A stretch of 64,000 nucleotides of DNA, taken from the NCBI GenBank assembly GCA_017881075.1, contig JADGRH010000003.1:64682-128681 (forward strand). The letters run 5' to 3'. Numbering within the stretch: the stretch's first letter is position 1; every line of letters begins with the position of its first letter. The notes below the pieces were generated by a model that was given only the letters and a program-made list of their open reading frames with translations, did no database searches and was not told the origin of the DNA. Source of the DNA: Minisyncoccota bacterium. Its GTDB lineage: Bacteria; Patescibacteriota; Minisyncoccia; Phycocordibacterales; CAJBRS01. This document shows, piece after piece, positions 34,758 through 43,539 of the stretch. Position numbers and translations under genes: made by a program.

Positions 34758-36584
34758 ATGGACTTGGAAAGAATCAGAAATTTCAGTATCATTGCTCATA
34801 TTGACCACGGAAAATCGACGCTGGCGGACCGTATGCTGGAGATCACTCATACTATAGAAAAGCGCAAAATGATGGATCAGGTGCTGGATAATATGGAGCT
34901 TGAGCGGGAGAAGGGAATCACCATCAAGATGCGGCCGGTGAGGATGATTTACACCACCTCCAACCCCCTCCTTGATCAAAGAGGGGGCACATCCTACATC
35001 TTAAATCTTATTGACACCCCCGGCCACATCGATTTCTCCTACGAAGTGTCGCGGGCCCTGAAAGCCGTGGAGGGCTCTATTTTGCTCGTAGATGCCACAC
35101 AGGGCGTCCAGGCGCAGACCCTTACAACCTTAGGCATGGCTCGCGACCTTGGCCTTACCATCATCCCAGTGCTCTCAAAAGTGGATTCACCACTGGCTCG
35201 AATTAAGGAGGTAAAAGAGGAAGTGTCGCGACTATTAGATTGTCTACAGGAAAGCATTTTAGAGACTTCCGGTAAAACAGGTCAAGGGGTTGACAACTTA
35301 CTTCAGGAAATCATTCGAAGAGTGCCGCCACCTCACGAATTATTGAAGTCAGACTTCGATAAATCTAATTTTCGTGCTCTAGTTTTCGATTTCCAGTACT
35401 CAAATCATAAGGGGGTAATTGTTTACGTGCGAGTTTTGGATGGACAGGTGGCTAAGAATGCCGAGCTTTTATTTACTGTGGCGAAAGAAAAGTTTTTTGC
35501 ACTAGAAGTGGGGATTTTTAAGCCGGAAGAGTCGCCGGCGGCGGTCTTAGCCGCCGGCGAGATTGGCTATATTGTCACCGGCATTAAAAAGCCAGGCATT
35601 GCTTCGGTTGGAGACACTGTCACTCTTCTGAAAAAACCACTGCCGGCTCTTTCTGGTTACGAGCGACCAGCTCCGGTGGTTTGGGCATCAATTTATCCAG
35701 AAGATGCTGATGATTTTGATTTGCTTCGACAGGCGCTTGGGCGTCTTCGCCTGTCGGACTCCTCCTTTTCATATGAAGAGGAATCATCAGGCTCGCTGGG
35801 CCGCGGCTTTAGATGCGGTTTTCTTGGACTGTTGCATCTTGAAATTATCACGGAGCGATTGAAGCGAGAATTTCGTTTGCAACTAATTATCGCTACCCCT
35901 TCTATTACCTATGAGGTGACGTATAAGAATGGGAAGAAGGCGATTGTTTATTCACCATCATTATTTCCCGAACAGAACGAAGTGGAAAGCGTCTTGGAAC
36001 CGTGGATGAAGCTACAAATCCTTACCCCATCATTATATTTAGGGAAACTATCCCAGCTTCTCTATGACCACGAAGGAGAAATGGATCATTCAGAAACATT
36101 TGGTGATGGCAGAACTTCGCTCTCTGTTAAGATTCCGCTTCGGGAACTGATGCGGAACTTTTTCGATGAGTTAAAAAGCGTTTCTTCCGGCTTCGCCTCA
36201 CTCTCATACGAATTTGAAAGTATGCGTCCGGCCGAAGTGGTGCGGCTGGATATTTTGGTAGCAGATGAGCCGGTGGAGGCTTTTACCAGAGTGGTATCGG
36301 TGAGGAGAGTACAGGAAGAGGCGGAGAAAGCGGTGGAAAAACTCCACTCCATTTTGCCTCGACAAATGTTTGTAACTAAGATTCAAGGAAAGGCCCTTGG
36401 CAGAATTCTCTCATCTGCAACCCTATCAGCTATGAAGAAAGATGTTACCCAGCACATGTATGGAGGAGATATCACTCGAAAGATGAAGCTGCGGGAAAAA
36501 CAAAAAAAAGGAAAGAAAAAAATGAAGGCGCGCGGCAAGGTCAATATTCCGCACGAGACGTTTTTGAAGATGATGAAAAGCTAG
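34758..36584 (+). CDS. lepA: translation elongation factor 4 (LepA)
   Basis: IRNFSIIAHIDHGKSTLADR, DTPGHIDF; LepA-specific C-terminal domain and Lys-rich tail. Confidence 0.95.
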   Translation: MDLERIRNFSIIAHIDHGKSTLADRMLEITHTIEKRKMMDQVLDNMELEREKGITIKMRPVRMIYTTSNPLLDQRGGTSYILNLIDTPGHIDFSYEVSRALKAVEGSILLVDATQGVQAQTLTTLGMARDLGLTIIPVLSKVDSPLARIKEVKEEVSRLLDCLQESILETSGKTGQGVDNLLQEIIRRVPPPHELLKSDFDKSNFRALVFDFQYSNHKGVIVYVRVLDGQVAKNAELLFTVAKEKFFALEVGIFKPEESPAAVLAAGEIGYIVTGIKKPGIASVGDTVTLLKKPLPALSGYERPAPVVWASIYPEDADDFDLLRQALGRLRLSDSSFSYEEESSGSLGRGFRCGFLGLLHLEIITERLKREFRLQLIIATPSITYEVTYKNGKKAIVYSPSLFPEQNEVESVLEPWMKLQILTPSLYLGKLSQLLYDHEGEMDHSETFGDGRTSLSVKIPLRELMRNFFDELKSVSSGFASLSYEFESMRPAEVVRLDILVADEPVEAFTRVVSVRRVQEEAEKAVEKLHSILPRQMFVTKIQGKALGRILSSATLSAMKKDVTQHMYGGDITRKMKLREKQKKGKKKMKARGKVNIPHETFLKMMKS

Positions 36585-36624
36585 GTTTGCCTCGCTTGAA
36601 ATTGTACGTTTGTCCGGCCCTACG

Positions 36625-36666
36625 CCAAAAACTCTTCGTTGCGTCTGACGCAAGTCGAGTTTTTGG
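36625..36666. terminator. bidirectional intrinsic terminator between convergent genes
   Basis: ccaaaaactc...gagtttttgg with inner stem ttgcg/cgcaa; A-run and T-run flank the stem. Confidence 0.7.
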
Positions 36667-36709
36667 TCTGCGGGCACTCTGCCACCCTTCAGCGTAGCGC
36701 GAGGCAATC

Positions 36710-36817
36710 TTATCGAAATGCCGGGAAGTAGAGCAAGATCATACTAATAATGATCAAGACGCAGACTACGCTCCAGACGATTTTAATGATTTTTTGGTTC
36801 TTTTTGTGGAATAACAT
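36710..36817 (-). CDS. possible 35-aa single-TM small protein
   Basis: MLFHKKNQKIIKIVWSVVCVLIIISMILLYFPAFR; below the track cutoff. Confidence 0.3.
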   Translation of the reverse strand: MLFHKKNQKIIKIVWSVVCVLIIISMILLYFPAFR

Positions 36818-36843
36818 AGAGAATTATTATATCATAGACACTG

Positions 36844-37230
36844 ATGAGAGAATTTCAAGAAAGAAAAAGACTAAAAAGGCTCATCTACTCTAAACCAGTC
36901 CTAATTTTCCTATTTATCTTACTGGTCTTAGTGATTGACGGGACATGGAAAATCTACCAGAAAGAAAGGGAGAGCCGAGCCAATCTGGCGCGAGTGGAAA
37001 ATCAGCTAACGACTTTAAAAGAAAGAAGCGGCAATCTTTCGTCTGACGTGACTAGGTTAAAAACGGAGCAGGGAATGGAAGAGGAGATTCGCAGTAAATA
37101 TGAGGTTTCAAAACCTGGGGAACAGCTCCTAGTCATTGTGGATAAAGATGCGGCGGCGACTACGTCGCCGCCGCAGAACCTCTGGGAGCACTGGTGGTCC
37201 AGTTTTACCAATCTTTTTAAGCGGAATTAG
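36844..37230 (+). CDS. septum formation initiator family protein (FtsB/DivIC-like)
   Basis: N-terminal TM, then a coiled coil and EEEIRSKYEVSKPGEQLLVIVD, typical of the family. Confidence 0.65.
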   Translation: MREFQERKRLKRLIYSKPVLIFLFILLVLVIDGTWKIYQKERESRANLARVENQLTTLKERSGNLSSDVTRLKTEQGMEEEIRSKYEVSKPGEQLLVIVDKDAAATTSPPQNLWEHWWSSFTNLFKRN

Positions 37231-37291
37231 TTTAGTGGTAGAACTAGTGCTTCCCAAGCATTGGGCGGGAGTTCGATTCTCCCATTCCGCA
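37221..37291 (+). tRNA. tRNA-Gly (anticodon CCC)
   Basis: Acceptor GCGGAAT/ATTCCGC, anticodon loop TTCCCAA, T-arm GGGAG-TTCGATT-CTCCC; no encoded CCA. The 5' end overlaps the last 10 nt of the preceding CDS. Confidence 0.9.
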
Positions 37292-37344
37292 CATTTTATC
37301 TTTCTTTTAAGGATCCTTCATCAGTCATTGTTTATGATTGATGG

Positions 37345-37815
37345 ATGAAAAACATACAAAAACAAAAGCCTAACGGCTTTACATTAATAGAAATTTTGGT
37401 CGTAATTGGTATCATTGCTATTTTGGCCGCAGTGGTTCTGATCGCTATTAATCCAACAAGACAATTCAAACTCGCTCGTGATTCACAACGACAAAGCAAT
37501 ATCACTGCCATTTTAAATGCAGTGGGGCAGGACATGGCGGAAAATAGAGGAGTCTTTACTTGTGGGGCAGCTTCTACTTCGCTTCCTACTACGGCGACCA
37601 TAATGAAAAGTCCGGGAGGATTTGATATTGGGACGTGTGTAGTGCCCATCTATATTTCTTCTCTTCCGTTTGACCCGAGCGCGACAGGTGCTCACTACAC
37701 CAGCACTACTGATTACGACACTGAATACACTATCATTTCAGACGCTAATGGTCGTGTTACTGTCAGTGCGCCGGCGACAGAGTTGGCCACTCCGGTAATT
37801 TCTGTCACAAGATAA
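37345..37815 (+). CDS. type IV pilin-like protein (prepilin N-terminal cleavage/methylation domain)
   Basis: KPNGFTLIEILVVIGIIAILAAVVL class III signal sequence. Confidence 0.8.
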   Translation: MKNIQKQKPNGFTLIEILVVIGIIAILAAVVLIAINPTRQFKLARDSQRQSNITAILNAVGQDMAENRGVFTCGAASTSLPTTATIMKSPGGFDIGTCVVPIYISSLPFDPSATGAHYTSTTDYDTEYTIISDANGRVTVSAPATELATPVISVTR

Positions 37816-37823
37816 AGATAAAT

Positions 37824-37858
37824 AAAAACGGCGGCCATTTTTTAAAGGCCGCCGTTTT
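37824..37858. terminator. bidirectional intrinsic terminator
   Basis: aaaacggcggcc-attttttaaa-ggccgccgtttt. Confidence 0.85.
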
Positions 37859-37861
37859 CTA

Positions 37862-37924
37862 TTACTTCTTGTTTTTCTTAGGCTTCTTCTTTTCCTTCTT
37901 TTGTCTATTTGCTCCTTTGGCCAT
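37862..37924 (-). CDS. possible 20-aa highly basic peptide
   Basis: MAKGANRQKKEKKKPKKNKK; the stop lies 3 nt from the bidirectional terminator. No SD; speculative. Confidence 0.25.
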   Translation of the reverse strand: MAKGANRQKKEKKKPKKNKK

Positions 37925-38154
37925 TTTTAGTCAGCTTATAGGTATTTAGCTGATAGCTTATAGTCTTTATTTTTTCTATAAGTTAATTTCCTATAAGCTA
38001 TAAGCTATTTAATAAAGTCGACCTATTTAATTCACATCGAAATTGTCGTCACCCTCATTATACATAAAAAGTATCTGTAATAGGAGTGAAATTCAATACG
38101 TCATATACTGTATACAGAAGGTCGCTACTTATTAATCCAATAACTCGTTTCTCT

Positions 38155-38340
38155 ATGAATATAAATTATAAAGGCGGAAATAGCACCGGAATTATCATTG
38201 GCATCGTCGTGATAATTCTTCTGGTCGCTTTCTTTGTCTATGTTCTTCCTGCCATTCGGGGCAATAACAATGGGGGCAGTGCTACTGTCACCCTTCCAAA
38301 CACTACGTCGAATGGCAATAGCGGCGGGCCAGCATACTAA
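38155..38340 (+). CDS. small single-TM protein with Asn/Gly/Ser-rich tail
   Basis: Internal ATG (MNINYKGGNSTGIIIGIVVIILLVAFFVYVL...) followed by a strong terminator at 38361-38397. Confidence 0.4.
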   Translation: MNINYKGGNSTGIIIGIVVIILLVAFFVYVLPAIRGNNNGGSATVTLPNTTSNGNSGGPAY

Positions 38341-38447
38341 AAAGGTCTCTTAATCTAGGGAAAAACACCCGCCGACCCAAGGGTTCGGCGGGTGTTTGCG
38401 TTGATTATTGGGGGTGATATACTATTGGCACATTAAATAATAACCAT

Positions 38448-38681
38448 ATGAAAAAAGTCTCAATTTACACCACGGATACCTGTACCTATTGCAAGATGGC
38501 TAAGGAGCTATTCAACGAATACAAAGTAAAATACGACGAATATAATGTCGGCAATGACCTGGAAAGGCGCAAGGAGATGATTGAAAAAAGCGGCCAAATG
38601 GGAGTGCCAGTCATTGTGGTGGATAATGAAGTAATGGTTGGATTTGATCGAGACACTCTGAAAGAAAGCCTCGGAGTCTAA
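38448..38681 (+). CDS. glutaredoxin-family protein
   Basis: 77 aa, CTYC redox motif at the N-terminus, GVPVIVVDNEVMVGFD. Confidence 0.8.
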   Translation: MKKVSIYTTDTCTYCKMAKELFNEYKVKYDEYNVGNDLERRKEMIEKSGQMGVPVIVVDNEVMVGFDRDTLKESLGV

Positions 38682-38697
38682 TTTTTCAACCCTCTCC

Positions 38698-38769
38698 GCC
38701 CTCGTAGTTCAACGGATAGAACGGATCCGTCCTAAGGATTTGATGTCAGTTCGATTCTGGCCGGGGGCA
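38698..38769 (+). tRNA. tRNA-Arg (anticodon CCT)
   Basis: Acceptor GCCCTCG/CGGGGGC (one G-U), anticodon stem GATCC/GGATT with loop GTCCTAA, T-arm GTCAG-TTCGATT-CTGGC. Confidence 0.85.
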
Positions 38770-38778
38770 CTTTAAGTC

Positions 38779-39678
38779 ATGAATGAAATTCTTATAACTA
38801 AAGCTTCTAAAGATTACGAGCTTATTGATAGTGGAAAAGGGGAGAAACTGGAACGATACGGTCAGTTTGTTTTGCGTCGGCCGGATCCGCAGGCTCTTTG
38901 GCCTAGATTTTTAAATAAGGAAGTTTGGGAAAAGGCCGACGCCATTTTCGCCCCGCCTCGGGCGGGACAGGGTGGCGTCGGCAAACCGAGTTGGACATTA
39001 AAATCCGGCATTCCTAATAGCTGGCAGATTAATTTTGGCGGATTGAAATTTGTAATTAAACTGACAGCTTTCAAGCATACCGGTCTTTTTCCGGAGCAAC
39101 TGTCTAATTGGGAATGGATTGAGGAAAGAGTAAGGGCGGCCGCCGGAGGCACAGGCGGCCGCCAGTTGTCTATTCTCAATCTCTTCGGTTACACAGGCGG
39201 TGCAAGCCTCGCTGTCGCCAAAGCTGGTGCCTCTGTCACCCACGTGGATGGCTCTAAAAGCGCCATAACTTGGGCTAAAGGGAACGCCGAGGCCTCCGGC
39301 CTCGGCTCCGCCCCCATCCGCTGGATTCTCGACGATTGCCGCAAATTTCTAGAACGAGAGATAAAAAGAGGTAATCACTACGACGGCGTTATCATGGATC
39401 CGCCCGCCTTCGGCCATGGGCCAAATAAGGAGCTGTGGAAGATAGAGGACCATTTTTTAAAACTTTTAGAACTATCTTTTCAAGTTCTTTCGCTGAATCC
39501 CGCTTTCTTTTTGATTAACGGTTATGCTTCTGGATACTCGGCAGTAGCTTATGAAAATAATTTGAAAGTACTCGTAGATAAATTCGGCGGCAAAATTGAA
39601 AAAGGGGAACTCACCATCATGGAATCCACTGGTAAGCGCCTCTTACCTTGTGGCATTTTTGCCAGATGGGCTGATTAA
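38779..39678 (+). CDS. class I SAM-dependent methyltransferase (RlmI/RlmK-like)
   Basis: LNLFGYTGGASLAVAKAGA (motif I), VTHVDGSK, VIMDPPAFG (motif IV DPP). Confidence 0.7.
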   Translation: MNEILITKASKDYELIDSGKGEKLERYGQFVLRRPDPQALWPRFLNKEVWEKADAIFAPPRAGQGGVGKPSWTLKSGIPNSWQINFGGLKFVIKLTAFKHTGLFPEQLSNWEWIEERVRAAAGGTGGRQLSILNLFGYTGGASLAVAKAGASVTHVDGSKSAITWAKGNAEASGLGSAPIRWILDDCRKFLEREIKRGNHYDGVIMDPPAFGHGPNKELWKIEDHFLKLLELSFQVLSLNPAFFLINGYASGYSAVAYENNLKVLVDKFGGKIEKGELTIMESTGKRLLPCGIFARWAD

Positions 39679-39707
39679 TATTGCAAAATATGATATAAAA
39701 ATAGAAT

Positions 39708-39783
39708 GCCGGGGTAGCTCAGTTGGTAGAGCATGTGCCTGAAGAGCATGGGGTCGGCGGTTCAAGTCCGCCCCCCGGCACCA
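39708..39783 (+). tRNA. tRNA-Phe (anticodon GAA), CCA encoded
   Basis: GCCGGGGTAGCTCAGTTGGTAGAGC..., anticodon loop CTGAAGA, T-arm GGCGG-TTCAAGT-CCGCC, ...CCCCGGCACCA. Confidence 0.9.
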
Positions 39784-39792
39784 ATGTCGTTA

Positions 39793-40068
39793 TTATTTAC
39801 TTATAAAAAAACTGGAAAAGTTGGGCATCTGGTGCCCGGTTATAGTTTGATAGGAAGTGGCCAAAGAATCAATAACGGGCTTTAAATAGTAGAATAGGCC
39901 TATGGTGGCGGCCACGATCACTATCCACTTAACTACAGAAAAGACAGAAGACCATTTAGTGGAGCGATAGATATATCGAATCATCCGATTGTTCTCATTT
40001 TCCAATCGAGCATTCTCTCTCAAGAGATTTTTTAGTTCCGGATCTTCTATCCCGTTAGGAGTAGTCAT
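39793..40068 (-). CDS. hypothetical membrane-anchored protein
   Basis: 91 aa; coiled-coil N-terminus and one TM. Confidence 0.5.
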   Translation of the reverse strand: MTTPNGIEDPELKNLLRENARLENENNRMIRYIYRSTKWSSVFSVVKWIVIVAATIGLFYYLKPVIDSLATSYQTITGHQMPNFSSFFISK

Positions 40069-40070
40069 TT

Positions 40071-40562
40071 TTACGATGCTCGCACTTTCAATTTTGTCTG
40101 TTTTTCCTTATCAATTTTGGGTAGTTTGATGGAGAGAAGCCCCTGGTTCTCAACCGCCTCCGCTCCTTCAATTTCTATCTCATGCGGTAAAAGAATAGTT
40201 CTGGAAAATCCTCCCCAATAAAGCTCCTTATGGAAATAATCCTGCTCTGAAATACCACCCTCTTCTTCTCGTCGCCCTTTAATGGTAACCATATCGCGGG
40301 TGATGGAAATATCCAGATCTTCTCTTCGGACCCCGGCTACCATTGTTTTAATAACAATTTCTTGAGGTGTCTGATAGACATCCACATTTAACTCTCCTTC
40401 GCCGGTATCTTCCTCAAGCCAGTTGCTAGTGGTAGATTTTTCTTTAGCAATACCCGCAATACCTACAGGACTCTTAGCTACCGCCGTCTCCTCATCCTCC
40501 TCATACTCATTCGCATTGACACTACCCGTCAGTCTCTCAAAAAATGATTTTTTTTCTTTCAT
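40071..40562 (-). CDS. Hsp20/alpha-crystallin small heat-shock protein
   Basis: VDVYQTPQEIVIKTMVAGVRREDLDISI...FSRTILLPHEIE...GLLSIKLPK. Confidence 0.85.
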   Translation of the reverse strand: MKEKKSFFERLTGSVNANEYEEDEETAVAKSPVGIAGIAKEKSTTSNWLEEDTGEGELNVDVYQTPQEIVIKTMVAGVRREDLDISITRDMVTIKGRREEEGGISEQDYFHKELYWGGFSRTILLPHEIEIEGAEAVENQGLLSIKLPKIDKEKQTKLKVRAS

Positions 40563-40573
40563 ATAAATTAAAT

Positions 40574-41296
40574 TTAAGAATTAGTTTTTTTGATACCTTT
40601 AATTTTTTCAAACACCAGAATCAATATAATGATAGAAAGCCAAACTAAGCCAAAAATGATTATCAGACTGTGTCCACTATCGTTTATTATAGAAAAATTA
40701 AAGAGAGCATGCAAGATGATTGCTAGGGCAATACCACATAGAAGGAAAAGCCTTTTCTGCCACTTATTTTTATAAAAAGCAAAGGCAATAAAGACTCCTA
40801 TGATGGCTGAAGAAATAACATGGAGAAGATTGGCTCCGACAAAACGAAGATTACCGGTAATAATTCCTCTTAGATCATCATTGGACAAGAAAGGTTGAAT
40901 AAGGAAGAAAATGTTTTCAAGAGCGGCGAATCCTAGGGCGCTTGTAATAAGGTAAATAACGCAATCAATAGGCTCGTCGTCATGTTTTGTTTTTAAAGCG
41001 CTCCAAGAAGCCGCCCAGTATTTCAAAAGTTCCTCAACAACAGCAAATAAAAGGAAGGCGATAATAGCTGTTTCTTCAAAGTGAACGCTAATGAAGTGCT
41101 CAAAAGGAAGAGCTATTACCACCGCAATCATACCGGCGATGAAGGACCGGATGATTATCCGTTTCGGTTCAGGATGAAGCTTGTCTTCCTGGAGCCAGAA
41201 CCAAAGCCAAATGATGGAGGGAAGAATACCGGCGCCGACAGCGTAAATTAAAGCCCTGAAGATCATATAATTAAGTCGAAACTGGCCATTTTGCAA
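40574..41296 (-). CDS. PrsW-family intramembrane protease
   Basis: VVEELLKY, FAALENIFF, HALFN motifs in a multi-TM protein. Confidence 0.8.
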   Translation of the reverse strand: MQNGQFRLNYMIFRALIYAVGAGILPSIIWLWFWLQEDKLHPEPKRIIIRSFIAGMIAVVIALPFEHFISVHFEETAIIAFLLFAVVEELLKYWAASWSALKTKHDDEPIDCVIYLITSALGFAALENIFFLIQPFLSNDDLRGIITGNLRFVGANLLHVISSAIIGVFIAFAFYKNKWQKRLFLLCGIALAIILHALFNFSIINDSGHSLIIIFGLVWLSIIILILVFEKIKGIKKTNS

Positions 41297-43325
41297 CCAT
41301 TAATAAACCCGACTCCTGATTCGGAACGAGTGACCAAATCTCTTCGGTGATGAATGGCATGAAGGGGTGAAGCAGTTTCAGAATGATATTTAAAGTATAA
41401 CCCAAAACTTGAGCAGTCGTTTCGGTGTCTTGTGTCTTAGAATACTCAATATATTTATCAGCGAAATCATGCCAAATAAAATCATACAGGTCGTGAGAGG
41501 CTTTACCGAACTGGTAAGTTTCAATATTCTGACTAACGAAAGCCCCGACCTCGTCCAATCGGGTCAAAAGTTCATGATCTTCGTCACTACTAATATTACC
41601 GGGTAATTTGACACCGATTTTGTCACCAGTCTTTTCTAAAACATAGCGACTGATATTCCAAAGCTTGTTGCTGAACTTCTTTCCCATAGCAATATTATCT
41701 TCGCTGAATCGGATCTCTTGTCCACCGAATTCCTGGTAGATCAGTCCAAAACGAACGGCGTCGGCCCCATACTTATCAATGAAAGTTACTGGATCAAGCC
41801 CAGTGCCGAGAGATTTACTCATTCTTTTACCGTCCTTAGTCAGAATGGTGGCGTGGATAAGCGCATCTTTAAAAGGTTTCTCGTTCATGAATTCCAGACC
41901 GGAGAAAATCATTCGAGACATCCACAAATGCATGATATCTCGAGCTGAAGTAACAAAGGCCGTTGGATAAAAAGTGTCTAAATCCTTTGTTTTCTCTGGC
42001 CAACCTAAAGCGGCAAAAGGCCAGAGAGCGGCGGAAAACCAGGTATCAAAAGTATCCTCACTCCCTTCAATTGGAATTTTATGACCCCACCAAATCTGTC
42101 GGGAAATACACCAGTCTCTAACGTTTCCAAGCCAATCAAGCGCTACTCCTTTCCATCTATCGGGATAATAATTAACCTCGCTGGATTCAATGGCCTTAAT
42201 GGCTTTTTCGGCGAGTGGTTTCATTTTCAAAAACCATTGTTTGGAGAGCAGGGGTTCGATAGTGGATCTGCAGCGGTAACATTTTGCCACGTTGTGAGTG
42301 AAATCTTCCTCTTTCTCTATCAGATTTAATCTTCTTAATTCATCTAGGATTTTTTCTCGAGCGGCGGCGATTTTAAGCCCATCGAAATCGCCGCCGATAT
42401 TTATAATCTTTCCGATCTCGTCAACGACTTTGTGATAGGGAAGTTTATTTTGATCAGCCACCTGACTGTCAAAATAATCGTGAGCCGGAGTGATTTTCAC
42501 CGCGCCGGTGCCGAATTCTTTATCAATCAATCTGTCGGTAATAATTGGAATCTTTCTATTAAGGATCGGCAAAACTGCCGTTTTGCCGATCATTTTTTTA
42601 TATCGTTCGTCATTCGGATTGACTGCGACAGCGCTGTCACCAAGCATTGTTTCCGGCCGAGTAGTGGCGACGGTAATAAATTCAACGGAATCTTCAATCG
42701 GATATTTAATATAGTAAAGTTTTGATTTCTCCTCCTGATATTCCAATTCCAGATCAGATAGGGCCGTTTGGTCTTTAATACACCAATTAATCACACGCTC
42801 TCCTTGATATATTAAACCCTTCTCGTGATAATGATTGAAAGCGGTTTTAACCGCCTGCTGATATTTCTCGTCCATGGTAAATCGGAGCCGTGACCAATCA
42901 AGAGAACAGCCCAATGATTTTAGTTGTTCTAGAATAGTACTGCCGTATTTTTCTCTCCATTCCCAAATTTTCTCAATAAATTTTTCTTTACCGAGATCAT
43001 GACGAGTCAGCCCCTGTTTTTTCAGATCTTTTTCCACAACATTTTGAGTGGCAATGCCAGCGTGGTCGGTGCCAGGGACCCACAATGTTTTGAAACCGCG
43101 CATGCGGTGATATCGTATTAAGACGTCAGAGACGGTATTCTCCAGCGCGTGACCCATGTGGAGCGAGCCGGTAATGTTGGGGGGAGCGATCATGATGGTG
43201 TAGGGCTTCTTTCGCTCGCCCGGCAGGTTATCCGGATTAAAAAAACCGCTCTTTTCCCAGAGCGAATAGATGCGGGACTCAGTGTCCTTTGGATCGTAAG
43301 GTTTAAGCAGTTTTTCGGGAGTCAT
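41271..43325 (-). CDS. valS: valine--tRNA ligase (short form)
   Basis: PPNITGSLHMGHA (HIGH), WVPGTDHAGIATQ, RMSKSLG (KMSKS). ATG at 43325 (MTPEKLLKPYDP...). Lacks the long C-terminal coiled coil. Confidence 0.9.
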   Translation of the reverse strand: MTPEKLLKPYDPKDTESRIYSLWEKSGFFNPDNLPGERKKPYTIMIAPPNITGSLHMGHALENTVSDVLIRYHRMRGFKTLWVPGTDHAGIATQNVVEKDLKKQGLTRHDLGKEKFIEKIWEWREKYGSTILEQLKSLGCSLDWSRLRFTMDEKYQQAVKTAFNHYHEKGLIYQGERVINWCIKDQTALSDLELEYQEEKSKLYYIKYPIEDSVEFITVATTRPETMLGDSAVAVNPNDERYKKMIGKTAVLPILNRKIPIITDRLIDKEFGTGAVKITPAHDYFDSQVADQNKLPYHKVVDEIGKIINIGGDFDGLKIAAAREKILDELRRLNLIEKEEDFTHNVAKCYRCRSTIEPLLSKQWFLKMKPLAEKAIKAIESSEVNYYPDRWKGVALDWLGNVRDWCISRQIWWGHKIPIEGSEDTFDTWFSAALWPFAALGWPEKTKDLDTFYPTAFVTSARDIMHLWMSRMIFSGLEFMNEKPFKDALIHATILTKDGKRMSKSLGTGLDPVTFIDKYGADAVRFGLIYQEFGGQEIRFSEDNIAMGKKFSNKLWNISRYVLEKTGDKIGVKLPGNISSDEDHELLTRLDEVGAFVSQNIETYQFGKASHDLYDFIWHDFADKYIEYSKTQDTETTAQVLGYTLNIILKLLHPFMPFITEEIWSLVPNQESGLLMVAKWPVST

Positions 43326-43352
43326 TGGGATAAATATTAACATAAAAGCAAA

Positions 43353-43387
43353 CGACCCCCGAACACAATATGCGCTCTAGGGGGTCG
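43353..43387 (-). terminator. terminator hairpin inside the valS 5' leader (possible attenuator)
   Basis: On the minus strand cgaccccc-N17-gggggtcg followed by tttgctttt, ~25 nt before the valS ATG. Promoter TTGACT-16-TATAAT at 43525-43498. Confidence 0.6.
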
Positions 43388-43539
43388 AAAAAGGAGAAGG
43401 TTCTAACGTCCGGACCTAAGACCCAAAGGTGCTCAATGGGAAAATGATTCGTCCCTTTGCGGCTGGCCATAACTCTCAATCAACTTTTCTATTTAGAATT
43501 ATAGCATATCGGTGAAAAAAGTCAAGGTTAGAATAGGTC

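Noticed and set aside
37221-37230. 10-nt overlap between the FtsB-like CDS stop and the tRNA-Gly 5' end, as a possible annotation conflict
   Set aside because: Both features are individually well supported, and short CDS/tRNA overlaps occur in compact genomes. Noted in the feature evidence rather than treated as an anomaly.
43395-43430. aggtccgga-like string in the valS leader, reminiscent of the SRP RNA helix-8 motif (CAGGUCCGGAAGGAAGCAGC)
   Set aside because: The sequence is a loop-less palindrome (gtccggac) without a GNAR tetraloop or the flanking AGCA/GGAA symmetric loop; not SRP RNA.
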